DNA of 64,000 nucleotides from Lytechinus pictus (GCF_037042905.1 NC_087245.1:6326001-6390000); one strand, 5' to 3'. Counted from the first letter of the stretch, positions 1 to 13,630 are shown. The notes: generated from the sequence alone by a model not told the origin. A program made the numbers and translations.

Positions 1-157
1 TATTCAGAGGTGCAGAGGGAATTATTACACAGGAATGGGAGGGGGTGTTGACATTATGAATAGATATGTCTTGGCTTTGAATAACTCTAGACTTAGCATT
101 GCTTATTATTGAAGAGAGTGCATTCCACATGCATGGGAGCACTCTTTGCAAAAGCTT

Positions 158-300
158 TGAATGAGTGAATGAATGAATGAGTGAGTGAGTGAGTGAGTGA
201 GTGAATGAATGAATGAATGTATGAATGAATGAATGAATAATTGAATATATGGATAAATAAATTGATTAATTAATTAATAAATTAACTAATTGATTAATTA
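158..300. repeat. (GAAT)n/(GAGT)n microsatellite grading into AT-rich low complexity
   Basis: Direct reading. Confidence 0.9.
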
Positions 301-1031
301 ATTATAGACTGTCTCACGCCGGGCTAACATGGCTAATGAACTAGCTTCGAAGCTTCAAGTAACCTTAGGGGCAGGGGCAGCGGAGACCCGGAGCGGAGAG
401 AAGTTGAAAATGGGGGGCACAGGGAAAAAAGAGCAAATCTTTTGCTTGGGGGCAGCACATGTAAACTTTTTGGAAAAAAAATCGAAAGCGAGGGAGTGAA
501 GCGACCCGAAGCTTATCATTTAAGTGCTTTTGTATTTTTATAAGTTGATGGATTTTGTGCGTACTCTTGGTGAATTTGTGAAAATCATGATGTGTTTTCC
601 AAATTTCGGGGGGGGGGGGGCAACTGCCCCTCCCCCCCCCCCCCCCCCCCCCCCCGCTGCGTGCGGCCATGATCTTAAAACAAAGAAGCAAATGACATAT
701 CTACCCCACTCACATGACTCATGAAACTTCATGCACGTACATATATTTTTACATTTTTTTTTCATTTACTGTGCTCTTGCAGAAGGATCGAAGGAGAACG
801 GTGCTAAATCGCCGGGGTACCGCGGGCGATTGAACGGGGCACGAAACGAGTGTTTTTTCAGGACAACTTATCTGATATGAAGAACAGGCACCTATGAGAA
901 GGCAAAGGGGTACTCGTTATCACATAGAACAGCTAGGTCTTTCTCATGTGAAAGGGGATGCACAGAACACGTTTCTTTGGTAAAAGGGGGCACTGTTACG
1001 TGAAAGGGCACCTTTAAGAAGGCAAAGGGGC

Positions 1032-2931
1032 CATGGGTGTCGATCACGGGGGGGATGGGGGGGATATATCCCCCCCCCCCCAATATTTCAAGTGGGGGGG
1101 ATGGCCTGTATTATCATCCCCCCCAATAATTCAGGGTAGAAAAATTGTAATAATGATGATGAAAAAATGAAAAGTTTGATAATGATGATTATAGTATGCC
1201 ATCAATCAGTTTGTTTCCCTCGCAATATTGTTATTAAATTAAAACATTCTTTTCCAGGGCTTTTAAACAGATGGGTGGAGGTTCAAGATGAAAAAGAATG
1301 AAATGTTTATGTACCGGTATATGATATTTTTTAAACACATGACTTAAAAGGACCCCGACGAAAAAAAAACTTTTGTTGATTGGGTGTTCCATCCCACCAG
1401 TGGTGAATAAATTAATTTTAAGAAATCAATTAATTCAAAAGGGTGGAAAAATAAACGGGTGGAAAAGGGTGGCAAGATAAACAGGGAAACCTCCATGGAC
1501 GTAAATCCTAGAGGGGTAGATCTTGAAAAAGTACAAAAAACTTTTCTCAGATTTACCCCTCCCCACATCCAAGTGCATGATGTTTGTCCCATTTAATCTA
1601 CAACCCTTTTGAATATTAAACATTTTATCATGTGACCCCATCAGATACCTCTCATGAAAATATTGAGGTTCAGTGAGCTCAATATAATATGATCATATTT
1701 TTACAATGCCCATCCAATCGGCTGACAAAAAAAAAACGAGGAAAAGGAGAAAAAGAGGGAGAGAGGAAGGGAATGTAATGGGAAAGAAGAAATTATTGTT
1801 CATTATGATGTTAGATTATACTATAATTCTGTTATTACATAAGACGCATTTTTCATAACTTTATGAAACATAATTTTATTAGGGCCCATGTCTTCATTGT
1901 TCCTGGTGCTCACATTGTCTGTTTAACTTTAACGAGATATATAATCCTGTGGCACTAAAACCTCCTGTTTTCAATATACTTCCTCGCACTTCGAATTATT
2001 ATTTTTTGTGCAATAGTATGCTTCTTTTCATGACTACTCAAAGTGATTGCCACAGTTTAAGGTCTTAATATAAAACATTTCTTGTCCGTGCTTATGTTCG
2101 CATTAGTGAGATATGTCTGCTCTCCATGAATTCCTAGAATCAGTCCTTAAAATGTCCCTTTTTCTGATCTCAATATCAAAACTTTTCAGATCGCGCTTCG
2201 CGCTCGCATCATTTGGTTAATGAAATACGTATGGTCTTAGTGAATTCCTACAAACAAGCTTTAGAATGCCCCTTTTCAGGTCTGAATTTCCTAAATTTTC
2301 AGCTCGCGCATCGCGCTCGCAATATTTGATTATTGAGATGCGTATGTTAATAATCATGATAACAATGACTTCAAGTGCTTCATGTGTAATTCTAACAAAA
2401 TCAGCAAGCGCTTAGCACTCGCATTAGATGACTGTGGTGAGATATGTAGTGGATTCCTTAAATATAGTCCTTAAAATCTCCCTGTTTGGGGTCAATATAT
2501 ACAAAAATTTCAGCTCGCGCTTCGCGCTCGCATTGTTTAGCGAGACAGGTAAGTATCATGATTACAAAAAGTTGATTATAATGTCCCTTTTTACGTCCGA
2601 ATATCAAAAATTTTTAGCTCGCGCTTCGTGCTCGCATTATTTCATCAGTGAGATACATATCTGTTTAATATATGGCACTGTCCTTAAAGTGTGTCTATTA
2701 GGTCGGTATACCTGGCAACTGAGCGCGCTTCGCGCGCTCACTAAGTGACTCAAAATGTTTGCTGGTGCCCCCCAATGCCATGACCCACGGTATACGCCAC
2801 TGGGCTTACTTGTAACACAAATTGAATTTTTTGATTTTAGTGGGGGTAATATTGAAAGATCCACATCCACAAGAATATTTGTGTCAATCATCCCCCCCCC
2901 CCCCAACCAAGAATACCGATCGACACCCATG
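1032..2931. mobile_element. Non-autonomous DNA transposon, 14-bp TIR, 8-bp TSD (hAT/P-like)
   Basis: CATGGGTGTCGATC...GATCGACACCCATG flanked by AAAGGGGC on both sides; inserted in an older AAGGGGCAC-repeat element (~372-3310). Confidence 0.85.
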
Positions 2932-4551
2932 AAAGGGGCACTTGCTCAGACATGAAATGGGTCCTTCTCAGGTGAAAGGGGCACTGGACATGTTCGTGAG
3001 GGGCACTTTTCTCGGGTAAAAAGTGGCACTGATTCGAGAAAGGGCATACAAGAAAGACAATAGGGAGCACTTGCTCGGACGGGTCCTTCTCAGGTGAAAG
3101 GGGGCAAATAACACGTTTGTGATGGGGAATTTTTGGGTACAACTTGGCACTGATACAAAATATATGGCACGTACTTGCTAACACGGGTCCTTCTCTAAGG
3201 TGAAAAGGGTACAGAACACGTCCGTACGTGAGGGAACATTTCTTGCTTCAAAACGTGCATGGGGGACACTGTGCCCCCCCCCCCCCCCCCATTTAGGATC
3301 GTTGTCCCTGGGTAGGGGAGACGGGGACGATATTGTAACAAACTTTACTAAATTTGAATTATCATATTTAAATATTTGTTCAAACCTAAATAAAACAAAA
3401 GATGCATATTCTGGATTGACATGAATAGGTTTAGAAATTAATTTAGAAGCTATTATCGTTTTAAAACAAGAGGTCAAGTGTATAGGCCTATTATAAAAAT
3501 TGCCCCAAAACACGGGGTAATATCTTATTGTAACGCACCTCTGGGGCAATAATATATTGTAGATGACAAAAAGTGCTTATAGAATGTCCAGGTTTCATGC
3601 AGGTCTGAAAATCAAAATTTGAGCTCGCACTTTGTGCTCAGCTCGTTAATGAGTAATAGGTCTATAGGCCTATATAGTCGATATATACAGTTTTAAGGTC
3701 GTGATATTAAAAACTTCAGTTCGCACTTCGCGCTCTCATTGATGGCTGAGATATGTATTCTATTCAGGAGTCACTGCAAAACAGCTAATTAGTAGGCCTT
3801 CATATCTATCCTACTCATGATTACAAAATGTGCTTAGAATAGATTTCAGGTCGGGATACTAAAAATTAAGGGGTACTCCAGGCTGAAAGTTTATCTAAAT
3901 AAATAGAGTTAAATTCACCGAGAAAAATGCTGAAAATATAACAAAATAATAACAAAGTTATTGACTTTAAACTTTAGCAATATTCTGTGAAAACAGTCAG
4001 GCCCATCAGCCCGCCAAATGAATATTCATGATGACATATTTCTCACGTGAAATGGTAATTATTTCATTTTTTTCAGAGGCGGCGGAACATATTTTCGTTT
4101 GGGGGGGGGGGGCAAAGCCCAAAAGGGCATTTTGATGCAAACGGATATTTTCACCATGAGATTTATTACATGTGAGAAGAAGTTGTGTGTTTTGTAATAA
4201 TTAAGTTGAGAAAAAAGTTTTTTGAAGTAAATTTCTGATTGATAAAATTTAGGTTTTATTTTTTCGCAAGCGAGCATAGTGAGCGAACGGTTTGGAAAAT
4301 TTTTCAAATCTGAAGTTGTAAAACTCGCTTTTTGGTCAATTATGGACCTAATTACTGTTAAAAGGGCATCCTTCCGAGATGTTGCGAGCTCGAATCATGA
4401 GCTGAAACTTTTAAAAATTTCATGTAATAAGACATGAAAAGAAAGTTTTTGAAATAATGAAAAAGGGATGTAAACATAAATAAACAATTTACGCGAACGC
4501 GAAGCGTGAACGTAATTTTTACTCTGACCAGAAAAGGAACCTTTTAAAGAT

Positions 4552-7135
4552 CAGTGGCGGATCCAGGGGGGTGGCGCAGGGGCGCGCCCCCCCCCCTAAT
4601 ATTTGAGCGGCGCCGAATCAAAAAAAAAGAAAAGAAAAGTAAAACAACAACTTCGCCGGTTAAAAATAATCAGCAGTGCGCTGCCTGCATATAACTGGCG
4701 CCAATCAAGAATAATCAGCGCCACCTTAATCTAAATCGGCGCCGGACAAGAATAATCAGCGCCATTTGGTTATAAATCGGCGCCAGTCGAGAAAAATCGG
4801 CACTGCCAGAGTCTTAACCCGCGCCGATCAAGGATAATCTGCGCCACCTTAATCTAAATCGGCACCAGATAAAAATAATCGGCGCCATCTGGTTATAAAT
4901 CGGCGCCGGTACGGAAAAATCGACGCTGTCTGATTTCTTTACCGGCGCCGATCAAGGATAATCAGCGCCGCCTAAATCTAAATCGGGGCCGGACAAGAAT
5001 AATCAGCGCCATCTGGTTATAAATCGGCGCTGCCAGAGTTTTAACCGGGCGCCGATCAAGAATAATCAGCTCCACCTAAATCTAAATCGGCGCCGGGCGA
5101 GAATAAGCGGCGCCATCTGGTTATAAATCGGCGCCGGTAAAGAAAAATCGGCGCTGCCTGAGTTCGTAACTGGCGCCGATCAAGGATAATCAGCTCCACC
5201 TAAATCTAAATCGGCGCCGGTCAAGAATAATCAGCACCACCTGGTTCTAAATCGGCGACAGTCAATTATGAATTGCCGCTGCCTGAATCTTACGTGACGT
5301 CGGTAAAAATAATCAGCACTACTTGTTCTAAATCGGCGCCGGTCAAGAATAATCAGCGTCCCCTGGTTCCAATAAATAGGCGCCGGTAGAATAATGAAGA
5401 AGGGCCTATTGCCAACCAAATCTAGATCGGCGCCGGTCAAGAATGATCAGTGGCACCTGGTTATATATTTTATTGTTGAATGGTCATAACAAAGCTTATC
5501 GCATGCCCTTACAGAGTGGACTGGGGCGGGGCAGTTGCCCACAGAATGACAGATGTCATGAAATCTTTAATTTATTTTAAAAATCCCAGAATCATACAAA
5601 AGCGTAGAGCAAATCCTTTAATTTTGATTCTATTTTCCAATGCTTTAATAAAAAGAAGGTCAGTCACTTCTCTTCTTTACACATTCCACATTGTGCCACC
5701 TCTATGGCCTTTAGTTTAAGACAGCTACTATAGTGTTTTATGAAGATGATTCGATTTTTAGCCCAAAACTTTGCTAAAACCCATTGCTAGTACCGGGAGT
5801 GTATAATTACGCAACCAGTCGTAAATTGAGATTGAGCTATACACAACTCGTTCTTTATTTAAAATCGTGCTTAAATTATCCGCTTCTCAGATTGGAATAA
5901 AAAAAAATTCAGCTCGCGCTTCGCGCTCACATCATTTCTGTAGCAAAACCCCATACTTTTCATAATTAAATAGGTGAATAGAATGTCCCTTTTTCAGGAC
6001 TAAACGTCAAAAGAACTCCCGCTTCGATTTGCAATAATCTGTTGCTGGATATAATCTTGTTCTTTATTACAAACGTCCATTAAACTTTCATTTTTTTTCA
6101 GATCGAAATATCAAAATTTTAAGCTCGCGCTTCGCGCTCGCATCTATTGTTTTTTTAGATACCCATCTTAATCATTGGTACCAAAAATGCATAGAATATC
6201 AAGCTTTCTGGTAATATAAAGAAATTTCAGCTCGCCCTCGGCACTCGCATTATCTGTGTAGTGAGATATGTATCCTCCTCATGAGTTACTATACAAACAG
6301 TCCTAAACAGGCACCTTTTTCCTGTTTTCAGGTCAGTATACTAAAAAATTTCAGCTCGTGCTTCGCGCTCGCATTAATTTGTTGGTGAGATATGTGTTTC
6401 TATCTCATGAGTCATATAAATATATGTATGCATATGTGTGTTTGTGTGAGTTTGTTTGTTTTGTGTGATATCGAGCGCCTTTGGAAAATTGATTCATGAT
6501 TTTGCCCCCCAAATCTTAAAAAAATGGATCGACGCCCCTGTGTTTATATATATATATACATATAGTAAAAAAACTTGTATCTCTATTAATATACAAAAGT
6601 ATTGGCCTCATCGCAATAAAAGGGTTAATACACGAGATTTTGAAATCGCACATAACATGCATAATTTGTGTTACTTTTGGCTTGTTTCTTTCTTTAATAA
6701 GTTTTTCAGTCTCTCTCTATATATGTTTTAGAAAGAGTATATGTTTAAATTGATGTATATTTTCTGTTATAATGAGATATGTTTAAGTGGACTTCAGGGA
6801 ATGGTCGTACGCAGCAAGGGGGAAGGGGGGGGGCACATTCGCCATCTGCTGTTGTGAAAAACATTTTTTTCCCTTAACATTTCATGAAAACTATGAAAAA
6901 TGTGCAAATGTGAGATGTGCACCAAATTTTCGAGTCTTGCCCCCCCCCCAGAAATATTATCTGCGTGTGGTCATGCAAAATGGCATGACTGGAAATCCTA
7001 CATTTTGAAAAGAGCATTTGACAGGGTCAGACTCTTTACCCCTTTTTCAACATTATGGCGCCGGTGAAGTGCAAAAATATGTGCGCCGCTCGGTAGTGCG
7101 CCCCCCCCTTTCGCCAAAAGCTGGATCCGCCGATG
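4552..7135. mobile_element. Non-autonomous DNA transposon with CAG-type TIR and 5-bp TSD, carrying a tandem array
   Basis: CAGTGGCGGATCCAG...CTGGATCCGCCGATG, with AAGAT on both flanks. Confidence 0.7.
4600..5465. repeat. ~20-21 bp minisatellite with higher-order structure
   Basis: Alternating AATAATCAGCGCC and TAAATCGGCGCC subunits recurring in ~100-bp blocks. Confidence 0.9.
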
Positions 7136-7636
7136 AAGATTGCATTTAGTGCCTCATGAATAGGATAGGCGGGCTACGTACGTATCTCACCAATCGAATA
7201 ATGCGAGCGCGAAGCTCGAGCTAAAAATTTGTGATATTCTTTCCAGAAAAACACAGTCTAGGCATTTTATTTAACCATGAACAGAATGACTACCTAATAA
7301 TAAACAATAATTGGTGCGAGCGCGAACCACGAGCCAAAAATCAAATTCCAACCTGAAAACTGGACATTCTATGCATTGTAACAGGATTACCTTATACTAA
7401 ACAATAATTGATGCGAGCGCGAAGCACGAGCTAAACATTTGGTGATTTTGTAGCCTGAAATTTATTCTATTTTGATTACAAAAGGATATTTCATTTTGAA
7501 AAAAGGGCATTTTCCATTTTGAAAAGAGGCATTTTTTTTTTGGGGGGGGGGCATTTGCCCCCCCCCCCCTCTCATTGAGTATCATGAAGACATGCACCGA
7601 ACTGTTTCAACCGAATTAAGTAATGCTAATCTTTAA

Positions 7637-8218
7637 AGGGATGGTCCAGGCTAAAAATATTTATATCTTAATACATAGAGTAGAATTCACCGAGCAAAAT
7701 GCCGAAAATTTCATCAAAATCAGATAAAAAATAATAAAGTTATTAAAGTTTAAAGTTTAGCAATATTTTGTGAAAACAGTCGTCATGAATATTCATTAGG
7801 TGGGCTGATGATGTCACATCTCCACTTTCCGTTTTCTTATGTTATTACATAAAATCATAATTTTTTCTTTATTTCATACTTGGGGGAATAATATGTCTCC
7901 CTTATAATGAAATAAGTTGCAACAATAAATATCTAATGCACTAAATCAGTTGTCGATCCAATTTTTATAGTTCTTGGAGGAAAAAATTTGAATAAACCTA
8001 ATTTCATATAATAAAATACAAAAGAACAAGTGGAGATGTGACATCATCAGCCCACCTAATGAATATTCATGACGACTGTTTTCACAAAATATTGCTAAAC
8101 TTAAAAATTCAATAATTTAGTTATTTGTTATCCGATTTTGATGAAATTTTCGGCATTTTGCTCAGTGAATTCTACTCTATTTATTAAGTTATACATACTT
8201 TCAGCCCGGACCATCCCT
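7637..8218. mobile_element. MITE with ~190-bp TIRs, TTAA TSD, AGGG...CCCT ends (Kolobok-like)
   Basis: TTAA|AGGGATGGTCC...GGACCATCCCT|TTAA; partial relative at ~3870-4040. Confidence 0.85.
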
Positions 8219-8269
8219 TTAAAATGTCATAACTTTGTTCCTTGTCCGATCATTTTCGATCAAATTTTC

Positions 8270-8475
8270 AGACCGCCCTCTTTCCTTTCCCGCGTGACAA
8301 GCGAGCTTTTCAAAACGATTTTGAACTTGCAGCTGGTTAACGTTTTAACGAGAGTTCTTGTGTTACTTGCTGTTCCTGACCTGAAATATTAGATGGGTTC
8401 TGTAACGTGTCGTTGAATTCATGTTGTGTAATCAAACTAGGGCCCACATTCTTCCAAACTGATGTCTTGGTGAGT
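8270..8475 (+). promoter_or_regulatory. Candidate MCM9 promoter and non-coding first exon
   Basis: GC box CCGCCC at 8273, E2F-type TTTCCCGCG at 8286, CHR-like TTCAAA at 8309 and TTTGAA at 8320, then a consensus donor G|GTGAGT at 8470, in a short non-repetitive island; candidate acceptor CTGCAG ending at 17181. Confidence 0.45.
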
Positions 8476-10662
8476 AAGATTAGCTTGTTAGGCTTAAGTT
8501 ACCCAGGCCAGGGAGCCCAGGGACAAGTTAGTCATATCTATAATCTTTATCCACCAACCACGGATACTAAACCTGTTTCTCAAAAGGCTTCCTAACTAGA
8601 ATTTAGAATACCTTGATATCGATACTATCGGTAAAAAGAGCAGACGAGACGTAGCCGGCCCTTAGACTTAGTCACAAAATAGCATATTTTTCAAAAAGAA
8701 AAATATGACAAAAATTGCAAATATTGTGATGAATTGGGAAATACATCTTTTCAAAATAAATAGCACATGTAAATTATGCATCATACATACTTAGACCATG
8801 AAGATTGGAGCATTCAAAAAAATTTCAATTGCTGAGAAAATCAATTATCAAATAATGAATAAATCATTTCATGACTAGAAAATCACATGTGGACGTTGAG
8901 ATGGGTATAGTCATGTATTGTATTACCGGACACTATTGTGATTCCGGACGCGCATATAAATGCGTTCGAAAACAATTTCGTACCGTAAGACTTCCACAAT
9001 TCATTTTCACAGATCAATAGACAATACATAGAACAAGATTGCAAAAACAAGGCGAAAAAATCACATTTCTACCTTATTTATCTCTAAAATGACAGAAAAT
9101 GCTTAAAATATCATATAACATAGTTTTGCATTAACAATTGAATGAATTTATATATTTTCTAACGGAAATATGGGCCTGATTTGCCGAATTTCAATCTAGT
9201 CGGCTCCTCCGATCGAATGATGAGGTGAGGTGTATTGTGGGTGATCGTCGACGGCTAGTTCTCAAGGTACCGTGCGTGAGGTTTACCGTGAGTAGAGCCG
9301 TCGACGATCGGCTACGCATCGATAGAACTTGATGCGTCACGATACGAACGAGCACTGGAAAGTGCCATGAAACATGCAGCTAACCAAAAAATAAAAAATA
9401 AATTAAGTTATCAAACACGAATTTATTACCAACATCTGCTCAGATTCGATATAAAAAAAGAAAACAAAAAGTTAGAATTTATTCATGATATGATATAAGA
9501 AGAAAAAAATCACAGAAATTTATTCTTACATCATTATAATCAAGGATATCTTTACCCGTCCGGCGCGCGTCCGGAATCATGATGTAATTTGTCGCGCACG
9601 AAAATAATTGTTTTTCGTGGAGGGGTATGCGGCAAGTGCGATGCAAAGAAAATGGTTGGTAAATATAAAATAATTTTATCATATTAATAATTTTCATAAT
9701 ATTTGGAATAGCAAGTGCGAATTTTTCTTGATTGTATTTCCTCTAGTTGTCATTTTTAGAGCACTGAAATAAAGGTGTCCGGCAATAGGATACACTGCCA
9801 TACCCCCGAGACATCGAATTTTAATAGTTTACGAAAGTAAACCATAACGGGTTTCTTTGTAAAATGATGATAATTATAGTACGCCCTTCTACGGTTCCAA
9901 ACATCATCAAAATATAGTTTAACAAAAACAAAAATAAATCTATGAAACTGAAACATACGATTTGACAAATTCTATGCATAAATTAGAGATAGAATTTATC
10001 CAAATGTTAATAGGGGTCTGAAAACGACAAATACGAGTCCAGTTATGGATGGCCTGACGTGGTAGAATCTTTATCGATTAAATCATTTTACTATTTCAAA
10101 CTGAATGGTTTTGTAGCGTTTTACCAACAGTTTTTATAGTTTCTTTTTATTAGAATTATCATTGAATGCATTATCCCACTTGTTTTGTGATGTAATTTCA
10201 ACCTCTATGATTGATTACGTAAGATGATTATTTTCAAATATCTAGGCACTTTTGCTTGTCATAGTCTACCCACGTGATGCCACTACGTCATTAAGAAAGA
10301 AGTTATGACAGGTTCGGAGGTGTCATAAATATTTAGTGAGGTTGTTGTACCCGATCTTGGTAAAGAGGGCTTTGTGAAACGGTTAGCGGACAAGTAGCTC
10401 ACTATCTCCGATTTAGTCGAAAAGTTAGACTTATGACGGTGTTGAGAAACGGGCCCCAGGGGCTTACCAATACCACTCACACGTATTGCGAGGTTAGTAC
10501 CGGTATTAATAGTATACTAACCTCGCACCACGAACCGCGTTTGGCAGTGGATTTCTAACTAGTGGGTCGCGCGTGCTGGGATCTCACTTCTTGGGTCCAC
10601 AACACACGACTTCTATGGCTTGATTTTTCTGTGCGTGGCGGCATGTAATGAACCCTTGGGTG

Positions 10663-11036
10663 GGGGCTTACCGTGTATTTGACCATACTCACGGGACTAG
10701 GGTGATTTATGGTCTAAATATTTTTCCAAATGAATTGTGAAAACAGAAAGTATACAATTACCACGATTATATGGATGAAGGTCTAACGTCTCGATCGGCC
10801 ATTTTTGTTAAAAATCGTAACAAAATGGCCGATCAAGACTGGGGTAGAAGGAGAGAACTTTTCGTTTTTTGAGGTTCCAGTCTGTGCCCAGATGTCAGGA
10901 AACTGCCACTCGTTAGACCTTCATCCATATAATCGTGGTAATCGTATACTTTCTGTTTTCACAATTCATTTGGAGAAATATTTAGACCATAAATCACCCT
11001 AGTCCCGTGAGTATGGTCAAATACACGGTAAGCCCC
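10663..11036. mobile_element. MITE with ~125-bp TIRs; third diverged TIR copy at ~11123-11250
   Basis: GGGGCTTACCGTGTATTTGACC...GGTCAAATACACGGTAAGCCCC. Confidence 0.8.
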
Positions 11037-12015
11037 TGGGCTCCCTGGGTTACGACTGCCTAGGCCCTAACACAGAGAGCTCCGGCCCGCGAAGCGGGCC
11101 GGAGCCCAGAACTAAGGCTCTAAGCTCACCGTGTATTTTCCCATACTCACGGGACTAGAGTAGATTGTGGTCAAAATATCTAGCAAAATAAATTGTGAAA
11201 ACAGAAATTATGCACTTACCACGATTATATGGATGAAGGTCTATCGTGTGGTCATGGTGGTGATATCCACTCATTCAATGAACAAGGTTATAATATGATC
11301 TGATATAACCTTGTTCTCAGACTCAGGCTCAGCTCAGCTCAGCTCAGTTACATCTCCATGACCATGTGTTGCAAAATAAGGGTAGCAATGTTTGGCTTAT
11401 TTTCTCTTTTTTTTTTGGACAAATGCTTCATTTTTTTACACTGTCTGTTTCCATTACAGCTATTCATCATATAACTTGGCTCTAAGTAAATTTGATTCTT
11501 TAAATTGTCTTTTCTTAATTAAGATTGAAAAATGAAAATTTTCTTACCATATTACTTTCCACCAATAGAGGGCGTACACAAAATTTAAGTTTTTGAGTGC
11601 TCTGGTGAATACAAAAATTATTCCCTGGTTACTACTGAAAAATAAATTGCAACTGTATGGAAATGAGTAATTTTGGTCACAAAAGTGACATTTTAATGAT
11701 TTTTTAAAGTGTGTGCTGTGTACAGCATTGGCATACCATAGTCCTACCTGTAGATTCCCCACAGGCAGGATGGTTGCAGTGAACAAGTGGTAGTATCCTG
11801 ACATAGAGGCACAGACTGGAACCTCAAAAAAACGAAAAGTTCTGTCGCGGTAGCTCTCCATCTTTCAAAATTCAAAACAAAATGGCCGATCGAGACCGGT
11901 ACCGAGGGTGTAGGGCGCATGCGCGAATTTGACCAAGTCTATATAGCCTCGGTCTCGATCGGCCATTTTGTTTTGAATTTTGAAAGAAGGAGAGCTACCA
12001 AAGCAAATACAAACA

Positions 12016-13246
12016 ATGAAGGGTAGTAAACTTATGACAATACTATCAGCACTCACCATTTTACGATGGAATGCGCAGGGCATGAGTGCGCATGGTAAAG
12101 AATTAGTAAAATTTATTTCTTAAAAAATAGCAAAGTTTACCATATAATTTGTGTACAGGAGACGTGGTTTACGGATGATAAGATTTTTCACATTCCTGAA
12201 TACACATGTTTCCCCAGGAATAGAATTAACCAGGGTGGACAAAGTAGGGGTGGTTGTGCAATTTATGTGCACCATTCTATAAACTTTTATTACCCTCGAT
12301 ATGATGAAGAGCTTGAACTTAAATCGGTGGATATACATATCTTGCAATCTAGAGTATCTGTAGTGAATTATTATAATCCATGTAAAAAAATAGATGACCA
12401 TATTCTCAGTAAATTAACTAAATTTGATTTCAACGCTCATAACACTTTATCGGGTAGTGAGAAAAACGACGCCAACGGTCGGGCTGTTGAACATTTCATT
12501 GCTTCAAATAATTTTGTTATACTTAATAATGCAACAGGTACTAGATTGGACCCAGTGACTGAACGATGTCGTGTTTAGATCTAAGTATAACATCCCCGGA
12601 TATATCGAATAAATGTTTTTGGGAAGTACTCGACACCTCACTTGGAAGTGATCACTTTCCAATAGCAATAAAGGTGCTAATGGAAAAGACTACAAACATA
12701 TGTTCTGAAGTTGATAACCACACTCCAGAAAATTTCTGGTCATTCAAGAACATGGACTGGATAAAATTCTCTGAAAGATATGAAGAAATTTTCAAAGATA
12801 TGGCTTGGTCTGATTTACAAGAGGACTACGCTCTCTTCAAAACAATGTGTTTTGAATGCTATCAATGAAACAATACCTAAAAGAGGCAAAAACATCACAA
12901 TTCTATCCCCTGGAGGACAAAAGAATGTTCCAAAACAATTAAGGATAGAAATAAAGCTAGTAACAAATTAAAAAGACACATCTCAATAGAAAACCTGAAT
13001 ACATTCAAGAAGAAAAAAGCCCAAGCCCAAAAGACGCTCCGTCAAGCGGAACGTATAGTACTTGCTTTAGAATGGTTAGAAAATATTAATGTTTATGTAG
13101 GAACAGTCATCTTAAGTGACTCACAAAGTGCGCTGTTAGCTATGCAAAATATGAAAAAATATCATTTGTAACTGAAATACTAACTTTAACTGCTAAACTT
13201 CAATACCAGGGTAAAGAAATCTTCCTAGAATGGATACCAAGCCATT
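12016..13246 (+). mobile_element. Decayed LINE ORF2, 5' piece: APE endonuclease joined directly to RNase H (RT deleted); I-group-like
   Basis: LRWNAQG, ICVQETW, FNAH, SCLDL, GSDHFPI, then ILSDSQSAL and LEWIPSH, with stops and frameshifts. Confidence 0.85.
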
Positions 13247-13630
13247 GGGTGATTTCAAGTACGGTGTTGAAATCTGGTGTTGGTGTTGTGACAACACCAA
13301 CACCAGCCACAACACTGTACTTGAAATCAGGCTGGTGTTGGGATTGACCTCGGAAAATATGACGTATTTCCGGCAGTTCGTGTTGAATGCTGGTGTTGAA
13401 TGTCGTCTGCTGAACCCAGCACTGCGGCTGGTGTTGACGATCTACGTGCAATATCCCCATTCACCAACACCAACCCCCAGGGAATTGGGAAAATCATGAT
13501 TTCAAGTTCGGTGTTGGGGTTGGTGTTGGCAATCTCAAGCTCGTGAACAGGCGGCGAACACGATGAAACATCCCCGTAAAATTAGCTTTTACAGTTAAGA
13601 TGAGTACAAATCATTTGAGCTGTATATATA

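Noticed and set aside
365..1083. Poly-Gly/poly-Pro ORFs
   Set aside because: They arise from G/C homopolymer runs near transposon ends; no splice or homology support.
2180..2745. CRISPR-like spaced palindromic repeats (CAGCTCGCGCTTCGCGCTCGCA), also at 5910-6370
   Set aside because: The spacers are ~85 bp and similar to each other, so this is a degenerate tandem repeat. It lies inside TIR elements, there are no cas genes, and the context is eukaryotic.
8650..10450. Probable further DNA transposon(s) with internal inverted TCCGGAC blocks
   Set aside because: I could not pair termini or a TSD by eye, so no boundaries are called.
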